From an uncultured virus (IMG/VR IMGVR_UViG_3300028454_001154) (taxonomy: Duplodnaviria; Heunggongvirae; Uroviricota; Caudoviricetes), in IMG/VR virus record IMGVR_UViG_3300028454_001154: a DNA stretch of 35,597 nucleotides; one strand, given 5' to 3'. Under the pieces are notes generated by a model, which was not told where the DNA came from, did no database searches, and was given only the letters and a program-made list of their open reading frames with translations. Shown here piece by piece: positions 26,550 to 34,277 of this stretch (position 1 is its first letter; the number at the start of each line of letters is the position of its first letter). The position numbers were made by a program, and so were the translations under genes.

Positions 26550-27809
26550 ATGAAGTACCCGATTTATGCCAGCAAGATTGAAGAAATCGAAAAGAGCCTG
26601 AACAAGATTCAGAAAAAAGCCGAGAAGTACAATGTCCCGTTCAAGTGGGATGTCAGCGAACCCTATGCCAAGACAATCCGCGTATATGGATATGACAACA
26701 CTGTCCTGCACACTGTCGATGTCGAGGCTGTTGACCTTACCATTGAGGCTGACCAGCTCGTTAAGATGAATGGCTGGAAGCTGAGAGCGAAGATCGAGCA
26801 CGGAGCTGAAGGCAATATCGTTACCCCGATTGGTAATGGGGAGGTCCTGAAAGAGTGGTACACCGCTCCACCAAAATGTGACCACTGCGGCGTCAACCGA
26901 TTTAGGTCCGTGACGTTCATCTGCGAGAATGAGTCTGGCGAGCTGAGACAAGTTGGCAGAAGCTGTCTCAAGGATTACACCGGAATCGATCCTTCTCTGG
27001 CAGCACTTTGGGCGTCTGTGACAGACTTGTTCCCTAACGGGATGGATTGTTCTGTTGAGGCATGGGAAGAGCACAAGCCTGCCCAGATGTTCAATGTCAG
27101 GAAGGTGCTTGCTCTGGCCTGTGAATCCATTGAACGATTCGGATATCGCAAGAGCAGCGAAAACAGCTCCACCAAGGAAAGGGTTATTGCCGAGATCCAC
27201 GCGGAGCCGTCCGAGGAAGCATACAAAAGCGCAGACTCCATTATCAACTGGATGGCGGAACGCAAGGAAAAGACCAAGATGGAAGATGAGTTTTACCATG
27301 AGCTCTATGAGAAGTATGCCGCCGAAGACTCCTTGTACGATGAAGACTATTGGAGAGAGTACCGGGTTGTTTCACAGGCGTGGGATGCTGTTTCTGATCT
27401 TGAAAGGAATTGCATTCCGCTGATCGATTCTGGTTACTGCAAGATGATGCACATGGGAAGGCTGGTTTATCTCCCCATCGCCCATAAGGTTTTCCTTGAG
27501 AGAAAGGAACGCGAGAAAGCCAAGGCCGAGGCAAGAGAAAAAGCGTTGGCAACCTCCAAACACATCGGGGAAGTTGGGCAGAGAATCACTGTGACTGCTG
27601 AGAAGGCAGAGCTTGTAACCTCGTGGGAGAACTTTTACGGAACGACGTGGCTGTATCGGTTCACCGATCCGGAAGGCAATATTTTCATCTGGTATGCATC
27701 GAGGCCGATCGAATACACGAACGGCATGAAGATTCGCGGCACCATCAAGGACCATTCGGAATATGACGGAATCAAGCAGACGGTCATGACGAGATGCGCC
27801 GTTGCTTAA
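26550..27809 (+). CDS. Protein with CxxC...C zinc site and C-terminal OB-fold-like domain
   Basis: 'CDHCG.NR.R.......QVG.SCLKDY.G'; C-terminal 'HIG.VG.R', 'TIK.H.EY.G.KQT..TR'. Confidence 0.6.
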   Translation: MKYPIYASKIEEIEKSLNKIQKKAEKYNVPFKWDVSEPYAKTIRVYGYDNTVLHTVDVEAVDLTIEADQLVKMNGWKLRAKIEHGAEGNIVTPIGNGEVLKEWYTAPPKCDHCGVNRFRSVTFICENESGELRQVGRSCLKDYTGIDPSLAALWASVTDLFPNGMDCSVEAWEEHKPAQMFNVRKVLALACESIERFGYRKSSENSSTKERVIAEIHAEPSEEAYKSADSIINWMAERKEKTKMEDEFYHELYEKYAAEDSLYDEDYWREYRVVSQAWDAVSDLERNCIPLIDSGYCKMMHMGRLVYLPIAHKVFLERKEREKAKAEAREKALATSKHIGEVGQRITVTAEKAELVTSWENFYGTTWLYRFTDPEGNIFIWYASRPIEYTNGMKIRGTIKDHSEYDGIKQTVMTRCAVA

Positions 27810-27850
27810 TCAAACAAGAATAAACAAATGACAATAAGGAGGACAATTCA

Positions 27851-28576
27851 ATGCCCGCAAAGAAGACTGAGACCATTGTAATCAAGCCCTTGAAGATGGA
27901 AAAGGTCAAGATCCGCGTTGTCGGAGATTCGCCTCTTATCATGCATGCTTGGTCTGCTAAGGCCAAGCGAGACATTCTCAGCAAGGAGATCGGCATTACA
28001 AAGATGACGAAAAGTATCCGGAATCCTTTTGAAGATTTTGCAACAAGCATGTACTGGCTTGATCAGATGCCGGAAGAACCGGACGAAAAGAGTGTAACGG
28101 AAGCTCTCTCTGCAGGGGTGAGATTCGGATTTCCACTTACTGCGTTTAAGCAGGCAGCTATTTCTTCGGCTTATCGGCTGGGCTGGGCAAAAGACAAGAT
28201 GTCCCTTCGCGGAGCGTTCTTCATCGACCCGGATCAGGATGGCTATTACGGAGGAGACCTAAAGATCGACTTAGATCGCAAGGAGATCGAGATTGTCCCA
28301 AATGTCTATCGTTATGAGCCGATGGTCGAAATCCACTCGGATATTCCGCTGATCAGAGAAGATTGTGTCCGTGTTGGAATGGGCACCGATTTGAGATATC
28401 GAGGCGAATTTCGGAATTGGTATGCTGATTTGACCGTTAGCTTCAATGCAAACGGGCAGTACACCTTGGATCAGATTATCAACTTGATCAATGCTGGTGG
28501 CACTGTTTGTGGCGTTGGAGAATGGCGTCCCGAGCGTGACGGCCAATATGGTATGTTCCATGTAGACGCAAAGTAG
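27851..28576 (+). CDS. Stand-alone RAMP/Cas7-like RNA-binding protein (Vipr-like)
   Basis: N-terminal strand 'IRVVGDSPLIMH', helix 'P..AFKQA..S.A', 'LRYRGEF..W', C-terminal Gly-rich loop 'AG..CGVGEWRPE.DG.YG.F.V'; no other cas genes nearby. Confidence 0.7.
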   Translation: MPAKKTETIVIKPLKMEKVKIRVVGDSPLIMHAWSAKAKRDILSKEIGITKMTKSIRNPFEDFATSMYWLDQMPEEPDEKSVTEALSAGVRFGFPLTAFKQAAISSAYRLGWAKDKMSLRGAFFIDPDQDGYYGGDLKIDLDRKEIEIVPNVYRYEPMVEIHSDIPLIREDCVRVGMGTDLRYRGEFRNWYADLTVSFNANGQYTLDQIINLINAGGTVCGVGEWRPERDGQYGMFHVDAK

Positions 28577-28581
28577 CACCG

Positions 28582-28840
28582 AGGCAGGCGAGTTAAGTTT
28601 AGGACTGGCGTGTTCCGGTATGGAAGGGCGCGTTCTTGTTGGGCAAGGCTCATTCAGGCAGGCAAGGTGGGTCAAGGCAAGGCGATGCTTGGAAGGAATG
28701 GCTTGGTCTGGTTAGACGAGGCAGGCATGGTTTGTTCAGATGTGGTCCGTTGTGGCGATGCAAGGTCAGGCGGGGAGTGGAAAGGCGCTTTTAAGGCAGG
28801 CAAGGCGAAGTTTGTTATGGTCAGGCGAGGAGCGGTTGGC
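28582..28840 (+). ncRNA. 5-nt-periodic GGY/NN guide array (VIPR-like RNA), four units
   Basis: AGGCAGGC separators at 28582, 28656, 28719, 28794; between them GGY-like triplets alternate with variable dinucleotides. Confidence 0.8.
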
Positions 28841-28866
28841 CAATACTCAGCAAACCTCAAGGCAAC

Positions 28867-28892
28867 GGCTACGGGTGGTTTCACCCGTAGCC
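28867..28892 (+). terminator. Perfect 11-bp hairpin closing the array (3' end or processing signal; no U-tract)
   Basis: ggctacgggtg-gttt-cacccgtagcc. Confidence 0.6.
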
Positions 28893-28916
28893 AATAATTC
28901 AAAAGGAGTATAGAAA

Positions 28917-29441
28917 ATGATCTACAAATGGAAAATGCCCGGCTTAATGCCTGTTAAGGCGCAGACGGCAGGAGAGGAGTTGGATCGAATCTATCAGAAG
29001 AACGGTCGGCTTGATGCCGCTGATGTTGTTGATGAGAGCAGACCGATAACTGCACCCCTTCACGATTGCTTTGAATGGAATGATGCTATTGCTGCGGAAG
29101 AATACCGGAAAAGCCAGGCAAGCCACATCATCCGTTCGATCACTGTTGTTCCTGAGACAGTCAACGGCAAACAGGACGCGAGAATCACACGAGCATTCGT
29201 CAATGTCCAGCAGACTTTCCGTCCGATCGATGTCGTCATGAATGACGAAAACATGCGCAGAGAGCTCATGGAAAAGGCTCTCAGAGACCTCGATGCTTTT
29301 CAAAAGAAGTATGCTTCGCTGGAAGCTCTTCAGCCCGTCTTCGACGCGACAAGAACAGTTGCAGCCAAATACAGAAGAACTCAGGTTCATCAGGAGCAGA
29401 AGTCCGTTTCGCTCTCTATGGATGACGAGTTTGACGTGTAA
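28917..29441 (+). CDS. Conserved phage protein adjacent to the RAMP-like gene/array (putative accessory)
   Basis: 'AQ.AGEEL.RI....G.L....VV..SRP..APLH.CFEWND..AAE.YR..QA..IIRSI'; RBS aaggag. Confidence 0.7.
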   Translation: MIYKWKMPGLMPVKAQTAGEELDRIYQKNGRLDAADVVDESRPITAPLHDCFEWNDAIAAEEYRKSQASHIIRSITVVPETVNGKQDARITRAFVNVQQTFRPIDVVMNDENMRRELMEKALRDLDAFQKKYASLEALQPVFDATRTVAAKYRRTQVHQEQKSVSLSMDDEFDV

Positions 29442-29442
29442 A

Positions 29443-29488
29443 ATGTAACTGCTTTACAGCTTGCTTTAGTCCAGCCATCCTTTACGAT
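29443..29488 (+). promoter_or_regulatory. Family promoter
   Basis: atgtaac...TTGCTT-16-TACGAT atag. Confidence 0.65.
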
Positions 29489-29524
29489 ATAGATAAGAAA
29501 TCCAACCACAAAGGAGATGCTCAA

Positions 29525-30334
29525 ATGCCCAGAAACGAGTATGTGCAGTCGAGAAAAGGGCTCAACGATCTTGTCGGAGAGCCGCTTTACTTCGAAGAGC
29601 AGCAGGCGATCAGAGATGTTGCCGAAGCCTATGGATTCGTGGCCTTCAGGCCGGATTATCATGGGGCCAAGGGGGATGGCAACACCATTCTCCTGTACCT
29701 GCCCGAAGACGAGGAACACAACCGCAAGGTCGAGAAGGAGCCCACGCATTACAGCAGCAAGGATGAGGCTGCGCTGTACCACTGCTATGACGAGAAGTAT
29801 TACTACCGCCCGTACTTCTGGAGCTTCGAGAACACCGATGTAAACGGGAACCTCGATCTGCACTTCGCCAACCGGGGCAGACTTGATCTCCGTGGCATTG
29901 ATTTCCGGAAGGTTATCGCTGGCTCCATTTTGAGAGCGTACTTCAAGAAGCTTCAGGCGAAGTATGTGGTCGGGAACGGCGGATTCCTCATGATCCGTGA
30001 GGCCGACGATAACTACAACACCCTGAACCGCGCCATCATGAAGAACTTCGCTCTGGAGAATGGAGGCATCGCTTATATCGGGCGCTTCGTTATCGATAAT
30101 AAGGATTTGGAGCGCATCAAGGCTGGCGATGCTGATGTTTTCAAGGAATACCACGGAGAAAGCATCAAAAACTTCGGCGCGGACTTCATCATCCCCAAGC
30201 GAGATGAGAAGCTTAGGAGTATGATTTTGGACTGGAACCGGGGCGGACGCAAAGACAGCGTACTTTTCGGCCAGATTGAAAGCCGAATCACCCATTCGTG
30301 GAATCTGTACGGAGAGCAGTTCATCTGGTATTAG
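29525..30334 (+). CDS. Hypothetical protein
   Basis: RBS aaggag; first gene after promoter. Confidence 0.65.
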   Translation: MPRNEYVQSRKGLNDLVGEPLYFEEQQAIRDVAEAYGFVAFRPDYHGAKGDGNTILLYLPEDEEHNRKVEKEPTHYSSKDEAALYHCYDEKYYYRPYFWSFENTDVNGNLDLHFANRGRLDLRGIDFRKVIAGSILRAYFKKLQAKYVVGNGGFLMIREADDNYNTLNRAIMKNFALENGGIAYIGRFVIDNKDLERIKAGDADVFKEYHGESIKNFGADFIIPKRDEKLRSMILDWNRGGRKDSVLFGQIESRITHSWNLYGEQFIWY

Positions 30335-30345
30335 GAGGGAAGGGA

Positions 30346-30600
30346 ATGACGAAGAAAGAGATCTGCGAGGCGCATGAAACCTGCGCTTACTATGCCGGAG
30401 GTTTGACGCAGCATATTTTCGTCAAGCACATTGAGTACGGTATCGAGGACTACATGTACTGTACTACCGGAGAAGGGACGGAAGAAAACCCTTATCGCTA
30501 CCACAAGCTCATGATCCATTACAACGGCGAAAATGATGCCTATGTACAGTTGTGGGGCCGTCGCCTGCGACTGAACATGTTCCTCAGGACAAATATTTAG
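30346..30600 (+). CDS. Hypothetical protein
   Basis: RBS aggagggaaggg before ATG 30346. Confidence 0.6.
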   Translation: MTKKEICEAHETCAYYAGGLTQHIFVKHIEYGIEDYMYCTTGEGTEENPYRYHKLMIHYNGENDAYVQLWGRRLRLNMFLRTNI

Positions 30601-30611
30601 GAGGTGCCAAT

Positions 30612-31541
30612 ATGGAGTACAAGGTAAAGCTCAGGTATCAGGAGGATGACAGCTACAACGAGCTCTGGCAGATCGTCGGCACAAAAAAGTATGTTGCGAG
30701 GCATACCCACGGTGGCGGGATTTGGTATCACGTTTGCGACCCTCTCGGCTATCGCGAGCTCGACTATCCGTTCCGTGATGACGACATTTTCATTGTATGC
30801 GATCAGAAAGGGAAAGAGCTTTTCCGGACTTCAAACGGTGATGGTACATCACGGTTCAACACGATAGAGCAGGAGGGAAGGGAGCAGTGGAGCAAGTATT
30901 TCTCTAATCTGCCGCATAGCTTTAAGCCAAGCAACCCTCATGCCGAGTTCATGGCTCATTGGGCTACAGGAGTCCCTCAGGGAAAGCTAAACAAATGGCT
31001 TCTGAGCTTCAAAGACCCTGACATCTACCCCGAGGCCAAAGATTACGATGATAACTGGGTCTATTTCATGATCGAGAAGGATGACAAGCCGGAGACTCTT
31101 TATGAGTTCCAATGGCTTGGCGAGACTTGGAAAATCGAGAAAGTCCACTGCAAGCATAAGATTTGCGGTGTCGAATGGGACGAATACTACAGCGCCGACT
31201 ACTTCATGGGGTCTGACTTTGACGAGACCAACATCGGCACTATGTATTCAGAAACCGAAGCCAGAAAGATTCTCTCAGAAGCGATTAAAGCAAATTGGCC
31301 GGACACCGGGATTGTTTCCTATGTCAACGAGGTTCGGAATGGGAAAGAGTGCTACTACCGAGAGCATCGAGTGCGAGTTGAATACGCATGGGACGTCTTG
31401 AATGGCGGAGACATTCATCGCAAGGTTGTTGATCAAGCTGCTGCAGCTGAAAGGGAGAAGACGAGGTTTTACCACAGCCTCCGCGAGATCCGCGAGCAGT
31501 ATCCGGATTGCGTTCCCGATACGACATTCAGGTATTACTAA
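30612..31541 (+). CDS. Hypothetical protein
   Basis: RBS aggaggt before ATG 30612. Confidence 0.65.
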   Translation: MEYKVKLRYQEDDSYNELWQIVGTKKYVARHTHGGGIWYHVCDPLGYRELDYPFRDDDIFIVCDQKGKELFRTSNGDGTSRFNTIEQEGREQWSKYFSNLPHSFKPSNPHAEFMAHWATGVPQGKLNKWLLSFKDPDIYPEAKDYDDNWVYFMIEKDDKPETLYEFQWLGETWKIEKVHCKHKICGVEWDEYYSADYFMGSDFDETNIGTMYSETEARKILSEAIKANWPDTGIVSYVNEVRNGKECYYREHRVRVEYAWDVLNGGDIHRKVVDQAAAAEREKTRFYHSLREIREQYPDCVPDTTFRYY

Positions 31542-31550
31542 GGAGGCAGT

Positions 31551-32135
31551 ATGAAATCCATACTTATTTCGATACGGCCCAAGTGGTGTCACCTGATTAC
31601 AAGTGGTGAGAAACGACTTGAGATCAGGAAAACCAAGCCGAGGGAGCCTCTGCCCATTAAGTGCTATATCTACAGGACGGGCACTTATGTTTCCGGCTAT
31701 CTGGAAGCAAAAAAGCAGCGAAGCGCGGTGATAGGAGAGTTTATTTGTAACGAGATCGAGGATTTTGAAAAATGGGAAGGCGATTCAGAATCCCTGCTGA
31801 ATCATATCTACGATGAAGCAGGCGTCACCAAGGAAGAACTTGAACACTATATGCCCCATGGCGGTGGCTATGGTTGGAAGATATCAGATCTTAAGATATA
31901 CAGAACTCCGCTGCACTTACGGGCATTTTGCAAACCATGCCCCGGTAAGCACCTTTGCAATCAATGCATCCACGAAAACAATGATTCCGCGTTGGCTGCA
32001 AATTATCATAACTGTGATTGGTTCGCAAGGAGACAGTCGAGGCTTGCAATGCCTCCTTTGTCATGGGGATACGTAGACAGCGAATTGGTGGATTTGCAAG
32101 CGATTCTTGGAGGCGAAATCAGTGAAAGACCATAG
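31551..32135 (+). CDS. ASCH-domain protein
   Basis: 'ILISIRPKWC..I..GEK.LEIRKT.P......CYIY', 'VIGEF.C', 'YGW.ISDL.IY', 'PP.SW.Y'. Confidence 0.8.
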   Translation: MKSILISIRPKWCHLITSGEKRLEIRKTKPREPLPIKCYIYRTGTYVSGYLEAKKQRSAVIGEFICNEIEDFEKWEGDSESLLNHIYDEAGVTKEELEHYMPHGGGYGWKISDLKIYRTPLHLRAFCKPCPGKHLCNQCIHENNDSALAANYHNCDWFARRQSRLAMPPLSWGYVDSELVDLQAILGGEISERP

Positions 32136-32155
32136 CAATCTGAGGGGTTTAGCAA

Positions 32156-32437
32156 ATGGCAAATGACATTCGAGCAAAGCAGTATTGTCGATATTGCGTA
32201 CACTGCCATACAGGGAATGGGTATTGGTGCGATGTAAAACAGCGAGAATATTCCCCAGCCACGTTTAAGACACCAAACAATTGCAAGTTCTTCGATTACT
32301 GTGAGATCGATGCATTTGCAGAAAACCCGCGCCCATACCATCCGCGTTTGCCATATCGAAAGAATGATGAAACACAAGCTTTCGAGAACATGAGCCTATA
32401 TGAGCTTGATACAGAGGTTGAGAGACATGGAAGATAA
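32156..32437 (+). CDS. Cys-rich hypothetical protein
   Basis: CRYC..C...C...C. Confidence 0.55.
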   Translation: MANDIRAKQYCRYCVHCHTGNGYWCDVKQREYSPATFKTPNNCKFFDYCEIDAFAENPRPYHPRLPYRKNDETQAFENMSLYELDTEVERHGR

Positions 32438-32849
32438 AATGAGAACTGTTTTGTTAAGCATGCATCCACTGAGAAGTTCCCTTGTTTCTCATGGTTTTAC
32501 AACGATCGATCTTCGCAAAACAAAACCTCAGCTGGAGCCTCCGTTCAAATGCTACGTCTATCAAACGATGCTTAAGTACGGCTACTGGAACGAAAAAGAT
32601 GGAAAGGTCGTTGGCGAGTTTGTGTGCGACTCAATTGAGAAATACGATCAACTGACTGATGAATTGGCCCGAATGGTGTGTATGACGCAGCAGGAACTAC
32701 TTGATTACGCAAGTCCTAAAGGATACCTGTATGGACTGCATGTATCATCTTTCATCGAGTACAAAATCCCGATGTTACTTCATCACTTTGGCATTAGACA
32801 TCCTCCTGTGAGCTGGCAGTATTTGAAGGCGCAGCCTAATGATAGGTAG
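32427..32849 (+). CDS. Second, divergent ASCH-domain protein
   Basis: 'VLLSMHP', 'DLRKT.P....PFKCYVY', 'VVGEFVCD', 'PP.SWQY'. Confidence 0.75.
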   Translation: MEDKMRTVLLSMHPLRSSLVSHGFTTIDLRKTKPQLEPPFKCYVYQTMLKYGYWNEKDGKVVGEFVCDSIEKYDQLTDELARMVCMTQQELLDYASPKGYLYGLHVSSFIEYKIPMLLHHFGIRHPPVSWQYLKAQPNDR

Positions 32850-33021
32850 CCAGAAATCGCGCAAGTGTGTTGGTTGTCCATACTTTGAAATCAGAATGGA
32901 GCCATTAAAAGGTGTTGATTTTGGCCTTGCCATCTGCAAAAAGTACGATTTGGCATGTGATTGGATCACAAAAAGACAACTCGAAAGGCTTGAATGTATA
33001 GAGGAGGATGAAAATGGCTGA
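32839..33021 (+). CDS. Small Cys-containing protein
   Basis: CVGC...C...C; overlaps neighbours. Confidence 0.5.
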   Translation: MIGSQKSRKCVGCPYFEIRMEPLKGVDFGLAICKKYDLACDWITKRQLERLECIEEDENG

Positions 33022-33331
33022 GAAGAAGTACATCGACGCCGAGAAGGTTATCAAGCTGCTGCGGAAGGACTTGATCTGTAAATATCCATCTACATTCGCT
33101 TTCGGTCTGTGGGCGGCAGCTGACGAGATCGCCAAGATGGACGGCGAGGACGTGCGGCCCGTGAAGCGGGGCGAGTGGGTCGGCGATTACGATGGATATG
33201 CAGACGGTATGCCCGTATACGATATGTGGTCGTGTCCGTTCTGCGGCAAACGTTTTGACGAGTGGGACGAGCGTCCGAGTTGGAACTTCTGCCCCAATTG
33301 CGGGGCGGACATGAGAGGAGAAGAGAAATGA
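33014..33331 (+). CDS. Zinc-ribbon protein
   Basis: 'YIDA', 'DVRPV..GEW', CPFC...CPNCGA.M. Confidence 0.7.
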   Translation: MAEKKYIDAEKVIKLLRKDLICKYPSTFAFGLWAAADEIAKMDGEDVRPVKRGEWVGDYDGYADGMPVYDMWSCPFCGKRFDEWDERPSWNFCPNCGADMRGEEK

Positions 33332-33633
33332 GCGTATATGTCAAAAATATGGAGATGCCGAAAGAAGGCGAGTATCACATGACGCTTTATGTGTGCTCAG
33401 ATGGAAGCGCATACATTGATGTGGCATCGTTTCCAGTGGATGAGGATAGATTTGAGGCCATCCCCGTCCCGCCGCATGGACGGTTGATTGACGCCGATGT
33501 ATTAGCAGAGAAGCACACAAAACTTGCTTATGAAGATCGTGGCGCGAATTACGGTTTTCATATAACCGCGCGGGCATGGGTTGACAGCTCTCCCACCATC
33601 ATTCCGGCAAGCGAGGAGGCACGCAATGGCTGA
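33328..33633 (+). CDS. Hypothetical phage protein
   Basis: 'MEMPK', 'VPPHGRLIDAD', 'PTIIPA'. Confidence 0.65.
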   Translation: MSVYVKNMEMPKEGEYHMTLYVCSDGSAYIDVASFPVDEDRFEAIPVPPHGRLIDADVLAEKHTKLAYEDRGANYGFHITARAWVDSSPTIIPASEEARNG

Positions 33634-34009
33634 GAAGAAGTACATCGATTCTGAGCGTGCTGCCGATATGATCTATGAGATGATCTCGTTTAATGCTGCG
33701 ATGGCACCCGACTGGACAGCAGAGCAAAAGGATCTTGTCAAATCCACAGCCCGAATTTGTGCGGATTATGTGCGTTACTCTGTGCCCGCTGCCGACGTGC
33801 GGAAAGTGGTGCAGGGAAAGCCTGTGCCGCACTATGAAATCTGGCTCAATTCGGACGGTGAGCCAGTACAAACAGTCAGACTTGGATTGCAGTGCCCTTT
33901 CTGCGGCGATACAGGTATCAAAAAGTATTGCCCCAATTGTGGTGCAGAGATCATAGATGAGAAAGAAGGCGAACGCAATGTGGATACTGCTCATTTGGAT
34001 CGGCGTTAA
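33626..34009 (+). CDS. Zinc-ribbon protein, paralog of 33014-33331
   Basis: Same start MAEKKYID; CPFC...CPNCGA. Confidence 0.7.
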   Translation: MAEKKYIDSERAADMIYEMISFNAAMAPDWTAEQKDLVKSTARICADYVRYSVPAADVRKVVQGKPVPHYEIWLNSDGEPVQTVRLGLQCPFCGDTGIKKYCPNCGAEIIDEKEGERNVDTAHLDRR

Positions 34010-34112
34010 GTTATCAATGCCGCCTCTATACTGGGTTGTATTTGTTCTTTCCGTGCTCGTACACGTTGAAAGGAACCGATTTAACAACATGGATGAGTAG
34101 AGGTGGGACGGT

Positions 34113-34277
34113 TTGAAAGGCAACTGGTACAGAAAGCTATATGGCATTGATCGCTTTGCCCGACGATGGTACTGTGATCACGCCCGACTGAATCAACTTC
34201 GGGCTGACAAAAAGGCTGCCAAAAAAGCAGCCAGAACAGAAAGGAAGAAGTTAGATGGCATGGACATCGGGGAATGA
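34113..34277 (+). CDS. Small basic protein (TTG start; not in ORF track)
   Basis: RBS gaggtgg; MKGNWYRKLYGIDRFARRWYCDHARL... Confidence 0.4.
   Translation: MKGNWYRKLYGIDRFARRWYCDHARLNQLRADKKAAKKAARTERKKLDGMDIGE

Noticed and set aside
28582..28840. Classical CRISPR array
   Set aside because: The only exact repeat is 8 bp (AGGCAGGC), the 'spacers' have internal periodicity, and there is no cas1/cas2/cas6.
28582..28840. Simple microsatellite or G-quadruplex
   Set aside because: NN positions are high-complexity, units are delimited and one decodes to a meaningful sequence; the GG runs alone do not explain this, though G4 formation is not excluded.
28587..28840. Self-target of the array within this window
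   Set aside because: No polA-type gene here and no gapped match noticed by eye; an exhaustive regex search could not be run.
28610..28897. 95-aa + strand ORF and 76-aa - strand ORF over the array
   Set aside because: No RBS; the G/A/R/W-rich composition is a by-product of the 5-nt GG periodicity, which is not a codon-based pattern.
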